From a virus (taxonomy: Duplodnaviria; Caudoviricetes), in the IMG/VR virus record IMGVR_UViG_3300020422_000181, positions 1 to 24,654 of that record: 24,654 nt of DNA. One strand, written 5' to 3'. Below are positions 5,693-13,069 of this stretch, one piece after another (the stretch's first letter is position 1; the number at the start of each line of letters is the position of its first letter). Position numbers and translations under genes: made by a program. Below the pieces are notes generated by a model, which saw only the letters and a program-made list of their open reading frames with translations, did no database searches and was not told the origin of the DNA.

Positions 5693-6742
5693 TTACTGGT
5701 TTATCAAATCATCCAACAAACCAGATTGCAAAACGCGATGCCCGATCCACTCGCTACATTGTGGTATAATCGCATTGCCCAACGCTTTTAATTGTTCTTT
5801 GTGCAATCGCCGGGTGGCTGGATCCAACCCTCGGGATATCCCATCATCCATTCCACAAATTGTGGATTTAGGTGCAGCCGTTCGTTGCCAATACGTTTGG
5901 GTTGCACCTGTGCCAATAGTGGTGGCGTATTGCGATTGTAATCCGATTGCGATCCCGTTTTTTTGTGATCCGATGCCGTGGGCGTTGGTAACAACATTAT
6001 CGTGCGGGCTAGGCCCAACGATCCGTTTACCCCGTTGTTGCTGATTTTGCGTGGTGTCCCGTTGGATGTGTAAACGATCTGTGTTTTGTCGCTTAATATC
6101 GCTCCGGTTGTCCCATCCGATGCCGTGGGCGTTGGTAACATCCCTTTTAATATCATGTGCATTAATGGCCGCCCGCCCTGTTTGTATTGTGTCCGATGTT
6201 CGGATCCCGTTGCCGTGGGCGTTGGTAATAGCCCCTGTTCGGTTTGGCATTGGGTTGGTATATGCAACGCAAAACCATCGTTTGCGCAAATGGGGTGCAC
6301 CGCATTGTGCACCCGATATAATTGACCATTCACAATTGTACCCGAGGGTGGCAAGGCTTGCAACAACCTCGGGGCCGCCCACTCGAATTGCATTTGCCAC
6401 GTTTTCGATAATAACGATCCGTGGCTTAAGATCCCCAATAATTCGATGCATGTGCCACCATAAACCCGATTTGTTTTCATCCTGTAACCCCTTTTGTTTA
6501 CCTGCTATACTGGTCGATTGGCACGGATATCCGCCAATAATAATATCAACGCATTGTAAATTGTGTGCACCAACGGTGCGTACATCATCGTAAATTGTGG
6601 CATTGGGCCAATGTTTACGTAAAATTGATTGGCAATATGTATTTTGTTCAACTTGCCAAATGGTGTGGGCATTTGGTATTGCCCGTTCGATACCGAGCTC
6701 AAACCCGCCAATGCCAGCAAATAAAGATCCAACGCGTATCAT
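5693..6742 (-). CDS. DNA (cytosine-5) methyltransferase, large (alpha) polypeptide lacking motif IX
   Basis: Motif I SLFAGIGG, IV GGYPCQ, VI IENV, VIII PHLRKRWF, X LKALGNAIIPQ; no motif IX in this frame; ATGA overlap with helicase stop at 6739-6742. Confidence 0.92.
   Translation of the reverse strand: MIRVGSLFAGIGGFELGIERAIPNAHTIWQVEQNTYCQSILRKHWPNATIYDDVRTVGAHNLQCVDIIIGGYPCQSTSIAGKQKGLQDENKSGLWWHMHRIIGDLKPRIVIIENVANAIRVGGPEVVASLATLGYNCEWSIISGAQCGAPHLRKRWFCVAYTNPMPNRTGAITNAHGNGIRTSDTIQTGRAAINAHDIKRDVTNAHGIGWDNRSDIKRQNTDRLHIQRDTTQNQQQRGKRIVGPSPHDNVVTNAHGIGSQKNGIAIGLQSQYATTIGTGATQTYWQRTAAPKSTICGMDDGISRGLDPATRRLHKEQLKALGNAIIPQCSEWIGHRVLQSGLLDDLINQ
5788..6480 (-). CDS. Nested +1 frame ORF, putative MTase beta polypeptide carrying motif IX
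   Basis: 230 codons fully inside the MTase gene; AAGGGG RBS 7 nt before ATG; ends LHLNPQFVEWMMGYPEGW (motif IX-like); three LPTPTA repeats. Confidence 0.75.
   Translation of the reverse strand: MKTNRVYGGTCIELLGILSHGSLLSKTWQMQFEWAAPRLLQALPPSGTIVNGQLYRVHNAVHPICANDGFALHIPTQCQTEQGLLPTPTATGSEHRTQYKQGGRPLMHMILKGMLPTPTASDGTTGAILSDKTQIVYTSNGTPRKISNNGVNGSLGLARTIMLLPTPTASDHKKTGSQSDYNRNTPPLLAQVQPKRIGNERLHLNPQFVEWMMGYPEGWIQPPGDCTKNN
5968..6230. repeat. Three dispersed direct repeats inside the MTase variable region
   Basis: ATCCGATGCCGTGGGCGTTGGTAACA identical at 5968-5993 and 6115-6140; 18-bp core TGCCGTGGGCGTTGGTAA again at 6211-6228; spacings 147 and 90 bp. Confidence 0.95.
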
Positions 6743-8022
6743 TGCCCACCGCCACGTTTTACCCAAATGCGTTTACCCTTCGTTTGTTTTACCTTGTATC
6801 CGAGATCGCGGCATATTTGCGAGATACGGCGCGAATACCCAACATTGCGTTGTGCGTGTGGGATGTCCAACGCATCCATAATGGCATCGGTTGTGGGCAA
6901 CGCCTCGGGGTTGGTGTTTTGCAATACGGATTGCGCCGCCGTAGCCCATGGATCGGAAATTATAAACGCCTGTTGCATGCGCTCCAGTGTGATCTCCTCG
7001 GCATCGGTTAAAAACCATTTGGTGCCCGCCTCGTACAGGTGTAACGCCTCGGCAAATAATTGTGCCCGGTTAGCCTCAATCCAATCCACGTTTATTTTGT
7101 TTACCACTTGCAATGGCCAAAACCGCCGCTCCGGCCCATCCGATAAAAATTGGTAATCGTTCGTGGTGGCAACAAATACCGTACGGCGTTGGCGTAATAC
7201 GGGTGTTTTGCCCCATGTTGGCCGATATCGATCCGCCGCACTGGTTAAAAACATTTTGGCATTGTTGGCACTGCGTCCATGTAAGGCGTGCATTTCGGCC
7301 AATTCCCAAACCCACACCAACGATTGGTGCAACAGTTCGTACGCGCTTTTATTGGTAATGTTGATGTTAGAATCACTAAACCACGCCTTTGTTGCCAACG
7401 CACGCAGGCCACGCGATTTGCCCATACCTTTTGGCCCAACCAATGTTAACACCGTGTGTACATCGCAACCAGGTTGCATAATGCGGGCAACCAATGAAAC
7501 CACCCAACGTTTGGCCAACATATCTAAAAATTCCTTTTCGGCATCCGTTGGGGGTGTCTCAACGCCCCAATGTTTGGTAAACATGCCGCCAATGCGTGGT
7601 GTGCCATCCCATGTGGGCAACGCATTTAACCATTGTTTGATTGGTTCAACGGTTTGCATGTTGGCAACACGTACAATAGCCCCGGTTAACTCGTTATCCT
7701 TGCATTTTAGGCGATAATCACGCTCGAGATCCAACGCGATTTGTTGCAACTGTGCGGGCTCGATCATGTTGCCATGAAACAACAACCGATCCGAATGTTC
7801 ACAATACGCCAACGTATCGTATTTTGGATCGCCTTCGAGTATCAACGCCAAATTGTGGCGGCAATTGATCGCGTTGGGCAATTTGGTGATATTTCCATCG
7901 GCATCGAATTTGGCCGGTGATTTGCGCAACACATGCCAGGTTGGCAAATGGCCCGATTGTGGGCAATGTGTGTTATCAACCACCACGCCCGATGCCGCAA
8001 TAATATCGTTAATTTGTGTCAT
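6739..8022 (-). CDS. VapE/VirE-family P-loop helicase (replication)
   Basis: Walker A LVGPKGMGKS, WVWELAEM Walker B region, DRYRPTWG, VFVATTN, ERRFWP, RAQLFAEA motifs; C-terminal winged-helix-like segment. Confidence 0.92.
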   Translation of the reverse strand: MTQINDIIAASGVVVDNTHCPQSGHLPTWHVLRKSPAKFDADGNITKLPNAINCRHNLALILEGDPKYDTLAYCEHSDRLLFHGNMIEPAQLQQIALDLERDYRLKCKDNELTGAIVRVANMQTVEPIKQWLNALPTWDGTPRIGGMFTKHWGVETPPTDAEKEFLDMLAKRWVVSLVARIMQPGCDVHTVLTLVGPKGMGKSRGLRALATKAWFSDSNINITNKSAYELLHQSLVWVWELAEMHALHGRSANNAKMFLTSAADRYRPTWGKTPVLRQRRTVFVATTNDYQFLSDGPERRFWPLQVVNKINVDWIEANRAQLFAEALHLYEAGTKWFLTDAEEITLERMQQAFIISDPWATAAQSVLQNTNPEALPTTDAIMDALDIPHAQRNVGYSRRISQICRDLGYKVKQTKGKRIWVKRGGGQ

Positions 8023-8278
8023 TGTTTACCCCTAATTGTTTATATGCCTTTGTTGTTTGGATGGCTTCACATACTACCACAAACAATGGGCGGTTGGTGA
8101 GTTTGGCAACGGCGTGGCACACCCTGATAAATGTAATCATACTTGGATCAAAATCGCGTAAACGCCATGGGTGCAATGTTTGGTACCCAACGTTGGCGAG
8201 CTGTGCAAATGCTCGCCGGGTTAGATCCATATTCTGAATTGTGGAATTTAACCACGTTGTAAATGTTTGTTGGTTCAT
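8009..8278 (-). CDS. Cro/XRE-like HTH protein (paralogue 2)
   Basis: FTTWL...LTRRAFAQLANVGYQTLHPWR...DP; CGAGG RBS. Confidence 0.78.
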   Translation of the reverse strand: MNQQTFTTWLNSTIQNMDLTRRAFAQLANVGYQTLHPWRLRDFDPSMITFIRVCHAVAKLTNRPLFVVVCEAIQTTKAYKQLGVNNDTN

Positions 8279-8288
8279 GTTGCCTCGC

Positions 8289-8498
8289 TCATTTTACAAT
8301 TGGGTATTTACGGCGGTGTAATGCTACGGTTGCAAATGCATATTTTGCACGGTTGTTTTGTTTGTAATACATGGCCACACGGTTTGCGGTTGCACGGTCT
8401 TTGTATGTTTTTTCCAATTCCCATTGGCCCGCCACGTAAATGTACACGGCAAATCGGTTGTTATCTGTTGGTTTTACTTTGATGGTTACTACGTCCAT
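8289..8498 (-). CDS. Hypothetical protein (69 aa)
   Basis: ATG 8498 with CCGAGG RBS; removes the overlap with the MTase seen for the ORF-track start 8690. Confidence 0.65.
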   Translation of the reverse strand: MDVVTIKVKPTDNNRFAVYIYVAGQWELEKTYKDRATANRVAMYYKQNNRAKYAFATVALHRRKYPIVK

Positions 8499-8520
8499 TT
8501 TTTTACCTCGGTTGTTGTTG

Positions 8521-9156
8521 TTAAAATAGTTTGGTTTGTCGGCTATGTTCTTTGTATCGTGCGGCGGCGGCGGCGTGATACTCGGGATCAATTTCCCACG
8601 CATCGAGATCATACCCGGCATCGTAACAGGCGCATGCAATCGAGCCCGATCCCAAATGGGTATCCAGTATGGTATCGCCCGGTTTGGCAAACGTATCTAA
8701 CAACCACAAATACAATGCAATGGGCTTTTGTGTTGGGTGTATTTTGCCCTTTGTACGGTTATCAAATTTAAACAGTTTTGCGGGTTTGTTGTATGATGTC
8801 CATGCCAATTCTATTTGCGAGAAATTCGGCCACGGTTGGCATTTATCCCATGCAATCACACAACGGCCCCCATGTTGCCAAATACTCGGAAAATAATTAC
8901 CGCCCCATATGATTTGGTTTTGTGATACGCGCATCAATTGATCAAAGTATTCCGCATCGGGTGCAACGTCCCAATGTTGAGCTTTATCTTTCATGTTGAA
9001 AAATACACGCGTGCCGTATCTCTCAGGCAACCCGCCTTGCCATGCCTTGTGCCCCATACCGTACGGCGGATCCACAATGGCAATTGTGTAATGATTATCG
9101 GGCATTTGGCGCATTGCTTCGAGCGAATCACCCAAATGTAAATTTATTGTTGGCAT
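8521..9156 (-). CDS. N6-adenine/N4-cytosine DNA methyltransferase, beta class
   Basis: IVDPPYG catalytic motif first, HPTQKP, then LDTHLGSGS SAM-binding motif and WEIDPEY. Confidence 0.93.
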   Translation of the reverse strand: MPTINLHLGDSLEAMRQMPDNHYTIAIVDPPYGMGHKAWQGGLPERYGTRVFFNMKDKAQHWDVAPDAEYFDQLMRVSQNQIIWGGNYFPSIWQHGGRCVIAWDKCQPWPNFSQIELAWTSYNKPAKLFKFDNRTKGKIHPTQKPIALYLWLLDTFAKPGDTILDTHLGSGSIACACYDAGYDLDAWEIDPEYHAAAAARYKEHSRQTKLF

Positions 9157-9458
9157 GTTTTATCCTGTGGTTGTTGTTGGTTGTAGATGGTGTAATAATT
9201 TGGCATGGCGCGCATGGCCTCGGGTACCATGTTGTGGTAATCCATAATGTTGGTTGTTAATATGGCGCACATTTGCAACACACGGTAACCGGGTATGGGT
9301 GTTGGGTGTTGTTGCATGTACCCAACCAATGTGGTGCGCGATATCTCTAATTTTTGGGCCATTTCGTTTATGGTAATGTTGCGTGTAAACAATTCGGCAA
9401 ATAACCAATTGCCAAATGTGGTTAAATGTGGTGGTTTGGTAAAATGTTTGCGTTTCAT
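9144..9458 (-). CDS. Cro/XRE-like HTH protein (paralogue 3)
   Basis: TFGNWL...ITINEMAQKLEISRTTLVGYM; ATGA overlap with upstream gene. Confidence 0.78.
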   Translation of the reverse strand: MKRKHFTKPPHLTTFGNWLFAELFTRNITINEMAQKLEISRTTLVGYMQQHPTPIPGYRVLQMCAILTTNIMDYHNMVPEAMRAMPNYYTIYNQQQPQDKTCQQ

Positions 9459-9712
9459 TTGTTACCCTTTTTTGATAATGGTTTATACGAACCATCAGTA
9501 AAATACAATGGCGTACCATCCGGCATGGTTGCGTTGTGTTCGTCTTGTTTTGTTACAATGTCTGTTTTATCTGCTGGTCGTTTATTGGTAATCCTGTATC
9601 CATCGTTTCTGTATAAAATGTCGTATATCCATCCATCCGTGCAAAAACTTAATCGTCTCTGCATTACTGCCTTTTGGAATGAGTACCAACAAAAGTTTTT
9701 TGATAGTTTCAT
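9455..9712 (-). CDS. Hypothetical protein (85 aa, MKLSKNF...)
   Basis: ATG 9712 with CCGAGG RBS just after primase stop; stop overlaps next ATG. Confidence 0.65.
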   Translation of the reverse strand: MKLSKNFCWYSFQKAVMQRRLSFCTDGWIYDILYRNDGYRITNKRPADKTDIVTKQDEHNATMPDGTPLYFTDGSYKPLSKKGNK

Positions 9713-9725
9713 GTTGTTGCCTCGG

Positions 9726-10580
9726 TTATACCAGTTGATCCAATTTGCCATACCATCCACATTTGTCTTGCCTGTTGCACCTGGGCCAAACAACGGCACC
9801 AATGGATGTGGGATCGATTGAAAAATACACCTCACGTTTATCGCAGGATGGGCAAACGATATTGCGGGCCGTGTTGCCCTGTATGGATGCGCCAACGGCA
9901 TTTGCCACATTGCGCCGTACCTCGATATCCATCATTGCCATATCGTACGTTTTTACACTGGATCCGCGTAACTGTGTTGGTTTTGTACGGGCCACATGGC
10001 GTGGTGCCGCTTCCTTTATGTGGTCGTATTTGAGTACCAACGGATCGCCATCCAAATGCACCGCCGTTTGGTGGTATTGGGCGGGGTGCAATGGGTGCCC
10101 CTCGGGATCGCAACCGTTTGGAATACTGTAACGATAGTATGCCCGGGCGTTATCATGTATGGCGGATTGATCTGGGGTACCACGGCCCACCACATGTGCC
10201 CAAAATTGATTTGCCGCCGTACTAGCTCGGCACCAATCCACGGCGGGTATTGATTTGGCCAACGGTAATACAATTCGGTATTTATGGTGGTACGGTTTGT
10301 GGCTAAATGATGTATGGGCGATTACTTGCCAATCGGTAAACATGCGCCACGTATCGAAGGGTGCCGCGCCATCATCCATATCAAACACCAACGCCCATAT
10401 ATCTACGGCATTGGATTTGGCACGGGTACCCGCAAATGTTGTTGGCGACCATAACGGCACATGTTTTTTGGCACCACGGTTTGCCATGGGTGCGGTTAGA
10501 GCTTTTGCCAACATGGCGGGCGTGCACGTTTGGCGCACCCCGTTTGTATTAAACAGGTTGGTAAATGTTGTTATTTCCAT
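9726..10580 (-). CDS. Archaeo-eukaryotic-type (AEP) primase domain protein with C-terminal zinc ribbon
   Basis: LVFDMDDG (DxD), AHTSFSH, KYRIVLPL motifs; CPSC...CNRQDKC at C-terminus; ATG 10580 with CCGAGG RBS. Confidence 0.8.
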   Translation of the reverse strand: MEITTFTNLFNTNGVRQTCTPAMLAKALTAPMANRGAKKHVPLWSPTTFAGTRAKSNAVDIWALVFDMDDGAAPFDTWRMFTDWQVIAHTSFSHKPYHHKYRIVLPLAKSIPAVDWCRASTAANQFWAHVVGRGTPDQSAIHDNARAYYRYSIPNGCDPEGHPLHPAQYHQTAVHLDGDPLVLKYDHIKEAAPRHVARTKPTQLRGSSVKTYDMAMMDIEVRRNVANAVGASIQGNTARNIVCPSCDKREVYFSIDPTSIGAVVWPRCNRQDKCGWYGKLDQLV

Positions 10581-10626
10581 TTGTTTGCCTCGGATGGAAT
10601 ACAACCCACAATGGTTATTATTTTGG

Positions 10627-11049
10627 TTAAATTTGGGGTTGTTTGGTGTAAATACTGTACATAACGTGGGGTTGTTCGTATTCGTTGGCGTACCAATCGG
10701 ATGCCGCCACCTCGGTAACGATATTATCATCCAACCAAATGCCCGATTTGGTTATCGCATCCATTACCATTTTGATCAGGTTGTCGATATCGGGTTTGGT
10801 TGTTTTGGGTACACGTTGGGTACATTTGATGCGTTGGGGGCGTTTGTGTACAAACACCAATTGCAAACGCAACGGTTGGTTTGCCAATTTCTCGGCATCG
10901 CCATATTGGTTTTGTATTTGATCAACCGCATGTTGCATGTATTCGCGTGATTTGGCTGGGGTGTAAGCCCGCCCTTGCCTCGTCATTCGAGGCCGCCCCA
11001 TTGCAACGGGTGGGCCAAATATAAACCCGGTGTGTACACAATCCCACAT
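10627..11049 (-). CDS. rusA: RusA-family Holliday junction resolvase
   Basis: KPDIDNLIKMVMDAIT and IWLDDNIV catalytic motifs; GRPR...YTP N-terminus; GAGAGG RBS. Confidence 0.92.
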   Translation of the reverse strand: MWDCVHTGFIFGPPVAMGRPRMTRQGRAYTPAKSREYMQHAVDQIQNQYGDAEKLANQPLRLQLVFVHKRPQRIKCTQRVPKTTKPDIDNLIKMVMDAITKSGIWLDDNIVTEVAASDWYANEYEQPHVMYSIYTKQPQI

Positions 11050-11053
11050 GGTG

Positions 11054-11359
11054 TTACCTCTCTAATGATATTTTGATGGTATACCCAACATACGCCATAA
11101 TTGTTTGGTTTGGGTGTATGGTAACACACATACGCCACAAATAATGCACGGCCGGGTATTGGCTACCATTGAGCCATTTATCCAATGCGGCTTTACTGCA
11201 TCCGATGGCATCCGCCAATTGTTGCCGTGTGTATGATGAGGCATCAACGGATGCGTGCAAATGTTTGGCAAACCCTGCACCGATCAACAACTCTTTTGTT
11301 TTACGGCGGCCAAACTCTTTTACCAAAATGCGGTGCGTTTTGTTGTTGCTGTTGATCAT
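11054..11359 (-). CDS. Cro/XRE-like HTH protein (paralogue 4)
   Basis: YTRQQLADAIGCSKAALDKWLNGSQYP classic XRE HTH; ATG 11359 overlaps upstream TGA. Confidence 0.85.
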   Translation of the reverse strand: MINSNNKTHRILVKEFGRRKTKELLIGAGFAKHLHASVDASSYTRQQLADAIGCSKAALDKWLNGSQYPAVHYLWRMCVTIHPNQTIMAYVGYTIKISLER

Positions 11360-11490
11360 GCCACACCCCACAACGTACACAGTGTGTACACACACAGTTT
11401 AACGAATGGTGGCAATACCATGGCGGCCCCAATGGCAACGGCACACCACCCAATGGCGGTGCCCAATTGTTGTGCGTGTTGTTTGTTCAT
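11356..11490 (-). CDS. 44-aa hydrophobic small membrane protein
   Basis: Hand translation MNKQHAQQLGTAIGWCAVAIGAAMVLPPFVKLCVYTLCTLWGVA; TAATG overlap at start, ATGA overlap at end, GGGGG RBS. Absent from ORF track. Confidence 0.7.
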   Translation of the reverse strand: MNKQHAQQLGTAIGWCAVAIGAAMVLPPFVKLCVYTLCTLWGVA

Positions 11491-11726
11491 TATACACCCC
11501 CATTTTTGAGTGCATTATGCACATCACTTTTGATCTGTTCAAACAAAGTAATTGTGTAGTAAAGTTGATTATATCCGTTAGGTGCCATCGTTACAATTTC
11601 TGTAATTAAAGCATTACACTCACCGCATTTTCGAATGTGGAGAATTTGAGCAACCATAATGTATACGATTGAATCACCTTCATAGTAGGGTTTACCCTCT
11701 GTATCTGTTCTAAAAATTTCAATCAT
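11490..11726 (-). CDS. Hypothetical protein (78 aa)
   Basis: Coupled at both ends; AT-richer and compositionally atypical. Confidence 0.7.
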   Translation of the reverse strand: MIEIFRTDTEGKPYYEGDSIVYIMVAQILHIRKCGECNALITEIVTMAPNGYNQLYYTITLFEQIKSDVHNALKNGGV

Positions 11727-12076
11727 TGTACACCTTCTACGATTTGCATATCTTCGATTTTTTCAAAATTGTCCGTTACCCAATCCAATGTACTTGTAAC
11801 CATTGGCAACCATATTGTGGCAATGTGCATGGTTACAACCAAAATTTGTGCATTTGTATAAAACCGATCTACATTGGTTTCACCTAAAGCCAAAATTTGC
11901 ATATCCTCAACGAGATCATGGCATGCCGAAATGTGTTTTAACGCCTCGATATTATATGGCATCCATTCCATGTTGCCCGTTACGTAGGTAATTACCAATA
12001 CACGGCCATTGTGTGTGGATGTTTGGTTATGATCTGCATCTGAATAAATAATTTGTTTATGTCCTAATGTGTTCAT
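11723..12076 (-). CDS. Hypothetical protein, first gene of leftward early/replication unit
   Basis: CCGAGG RBS; follows AT-rich promoter-like gap. Confidence 0.75.
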   Translation of the reverse strand: MNTLGHKQIIYSDADHNQTSTHNGRVLVITYVTGNMEWMPYNIEALKHISACHDLVEDMQILALGETNVDRFYTNAQILVVTMHIATIWLPMVTSTLDWVTDNFEKIEDMQIVEGVQ

Positions 12077-12117
12077 TGTTTTGCCTCGGTTGGTTTGTTG
12101 TTATAACCCTTCATTGG

Positions 12118-12154
12118 GTATACTTAAGTATACACAATATACATAAATATACAA
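12118..12154 (-). promoter_or_regulatory. Putative sigma70-type promoter overlapped by perfect 16-bp palindrome
   Basis: Minus strand TTGTAT (12154-12149)-N16-TATACT (12132-12127); GTATACTTAAGTATAC at 12118-12133 is self-complementary. Confidence 0.5.
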
Positions 12155-12180
12155 CAACAAAATGAAATTTATTTTACATA

Positions 12181-12201
12181 TGTGGATAACCCTGTGGATA
12201 A
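12181..12201 (-). promoter_or_regulatory. Two tandem consensus DnaA boxes
   Basis: TGTGGATAA (reverse complement TTATCCACA) at 12181-12189 and 12193-12201, intergenic, next to AT-rich 12120-12180. Confidence 0.65.
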
Positions 12202-12252
12202 CTTGTACAAAATGGGCCCGCATCCAACGGCGTTGTGTGCTATGTTGTGTCC

Positions 12253-12750
12253 ATGGATCATGTACAAAAAAATATTGATCGGGGCCACAATCGTTTTGCG
12301 CAATACGTAATACCATTATTGGTGCAAAACGGTTGGCCCGATACGTGGCAATGCATGCAAGGTACCATACAGGATACTAAACACGGTATCGATTACATGG
12401 TGGGTGCAACGCCCATTGCCGCACGCATATGGGATGGCACACCAAAACAACATTTTGCATTGCGTTGGTACAATACCCGGCACCCCGAGATACGCATGGA
12501 ATTAACCAAATTGTTGGTGTTGTGGGCCAATAACGAGCCCATGCCAAAATACACCATTGAGGCACACACCCACAACAACCGCACGTACGTTGCCGTGTGC
12601 CAAACCCATATGTTGGCCCAAATCATTGCCCATAACATGCCAAATTTGCCCCAATTCATTGTAAACAACCACACGGGCGATTTTACGGTATTTGTGCGGG
12701 TGCCCTTCGATTTGTTACCACCCGATGCCATACGCAAATTTATTGGTTAA
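12253..12750 (+). CDS. Hypothetical protein, possible divergent PD-(D/E)xK nuclease fold
   Basis: Fills gap on the opposite strand; DTKHGIDYMV...IAARI...FALR pattern; fold call tentative. Confidence 0.6.
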   Translation: MDHVQKNIDRGHNRFAQYVIPLLVQNGWPDTWQCMQGTIQDTKHGIDYMVGATPIAARIWDGTPKQHFALRWYNTRHPEIRMELTKLLVLWANNEPMPKYTIEAHTHNNRTYVAVCQTHMLAQIIAHNMPNLPQFIVNNHTGDFTVFVRVPFDLLPPDAIRKFIG

Positions 12751-13069
12751 TGCGTGGATCTCGTAATCGAGTATCGATCAATCGTTCGCGGTGGATATCT
12801 TCTCGCATCGCTTTAACATCCACTTGCAATTCACCAATATCACCATGCAACGTTACCAATGTTTTGTTTACCTCGTTTAAGCTCTCTTTATACATTTGGC
12901 GATCTTCATTGTGGCTATCCACCATACGATCAATTTGTTTCAGATGTCGATCCACCCACACAGGCAAATGCGCGGCCAACCAACGGCCCAACACAAAAAT
13001 AAACATTAAACACAACGCCAATGCCGCAACCGGGCCCGTGGCAATTTGTAACATTGCTTCGTTAGTCAT
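12740..13069 (-). CDS. Probable holin-like membrane protein
   Basis: One N-terminal TM helix plus coiled-coil; immediately downstream of and overlapping the amidase. Confidence 0.6.
   Translation of the reverse strand: MTNEAMLQIATGPVAALALCLMFIFVLGRWLAAHLPVWVDRHLKQIDRMVDSHNEDRQMYKESLNEVNKTLVTLHGDIGELQVDVKAMREDIHRERLIDTRLRDPRINQ

Noticed and set aside
5968-6230. Repeats as a mini CRISPR array
   Set aside because: Spacers are 121 and 64 bp, unequal and too long, repeats are not palindromic, all in frame within coding sequence, no cas genes.
6505-6732. 75-aa ORF in the same frame as the beta ORF, separated by one TAG (readthrough or stop recoding)
   Set aside because: No RBS or motif; genes pack tightly under the standard code and TAG serves as the stop of 2976..3458.
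5693-6742. C5 MTase as a frameshifted pseudogene or sequencing error
   Set aside because: Both frames are open across the whole overlap and motif X is in frame with motif I; it would need two compensating errors and would not explain the internal RBS and ATG.
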